DNA of 64,000 bases. Origin: Saprolegnia diclina VS20. Taxonomy: Eukaryota. The DNA lies in assembly GCF_000281045.1 (NCBI RefSeq), contig NW_008246074.1, positions 581,588-645,587 of the forward strand. The letters run 5' to 3'. This document shows, one piece after another, positions 63,519-64,000 of the stretch. The notes beneath the pieces are model-generated. The model did not search any database. It was not told the DNA's origin and saw nothing but the letters and a program-made list of their open reading frames with translations. Made by a program: the position numbers and the translations under genes. Positions within the stretch are counted from its first letter, which is position 1. Each line of letters begins with the position of its first letter.

Positions 63519-64000
63519 CGGGCAGCAGAAAATCGAATCTAATCTGCCACCGGCGCTGGGCCAATTTCCAGCTCAAATGTATCTTTCGATATTTCGGTCC
63601 GGGCGTTGGCTTGTGGCGTTTCATTGCACTCGATGTTTGTATGCAGAATACAAACACGCAACTTGGATGTTCGTCAACCCAGGGAACCTACCCCTGTGTG
63701 TCGCCCGATACAAACAGCAAGGTACCGCGCTGAAATGTGGAAAGTTCGAAAATCACACTTGAGTGTTGGAGAACGGCGGAAGGATGCGACGGTCGACGGC
63801 GCTGCAACCTCCTCTTCCTGTGATCGCTGAGGACTTAACATGCGCTCGTCCGAAGGAAGAGAACGAGATGCTACGGGCCAAGGACCATGGGCGACACCCT
63901 CCGCGCCGTCGAGTCGCACAGTGGTCTCCTTCCGAATGATAGCAAGTTGACAAAGGAGTAGTACTGATCCACACCATTCTACGTCTCAAAACAGGGCTCA

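Overview
This is a gene-dense eukaryotic window. GC-rich coding sequence, very short introns (mostly 40-70 nt) and the gene content fit an oomycete, probably Saprolegniaceae (inference). About 25 protein-coding genes can be recognised: cytosolic IleRS, a PhyH-like dioxygenase, ribokinase, Ubc13, eIF2B-beta, an SPX-SLC13 phosphate transporter, XPC/Rad4, a TMUB-like protein, an RCHY1-like E3, a long coiled-coil protein, a cNMP-domain K+ channel, a Tom70-like TPR protein, a GVIN1/VLIG-like giant GTPase, a purple acid phosphatase, a SulP-STAS-cNMP transporter, MTP18, prolidase, a LisH-WD40 protein, SART3/Prp24, a degenerate 2OG-Fe(II)-like gene spanning an N gap, an EXPERA protein, SCCPDH, a mitochondrial-type LysRS, a WDTC1/DCAF-like protein and an RWP-RK+Myb transcription factor. 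Three observations stand out. (1) A ~6.4 kb interrupted locus encodes a MACPF-like motif upstream of a VLIG-type GTPase, a candidate immunity or cell-death module. (2) Two AT-AC minor-spliceosome (U12) introns lie less than 4 kb apart. (3) Two tiny 31-34 bp palindromes with CANRG ends and perfect 7-bp flanking duplications look like P-element-superfamily excision footprints. All family calls come from recognising motifs by eye; no searches were run.
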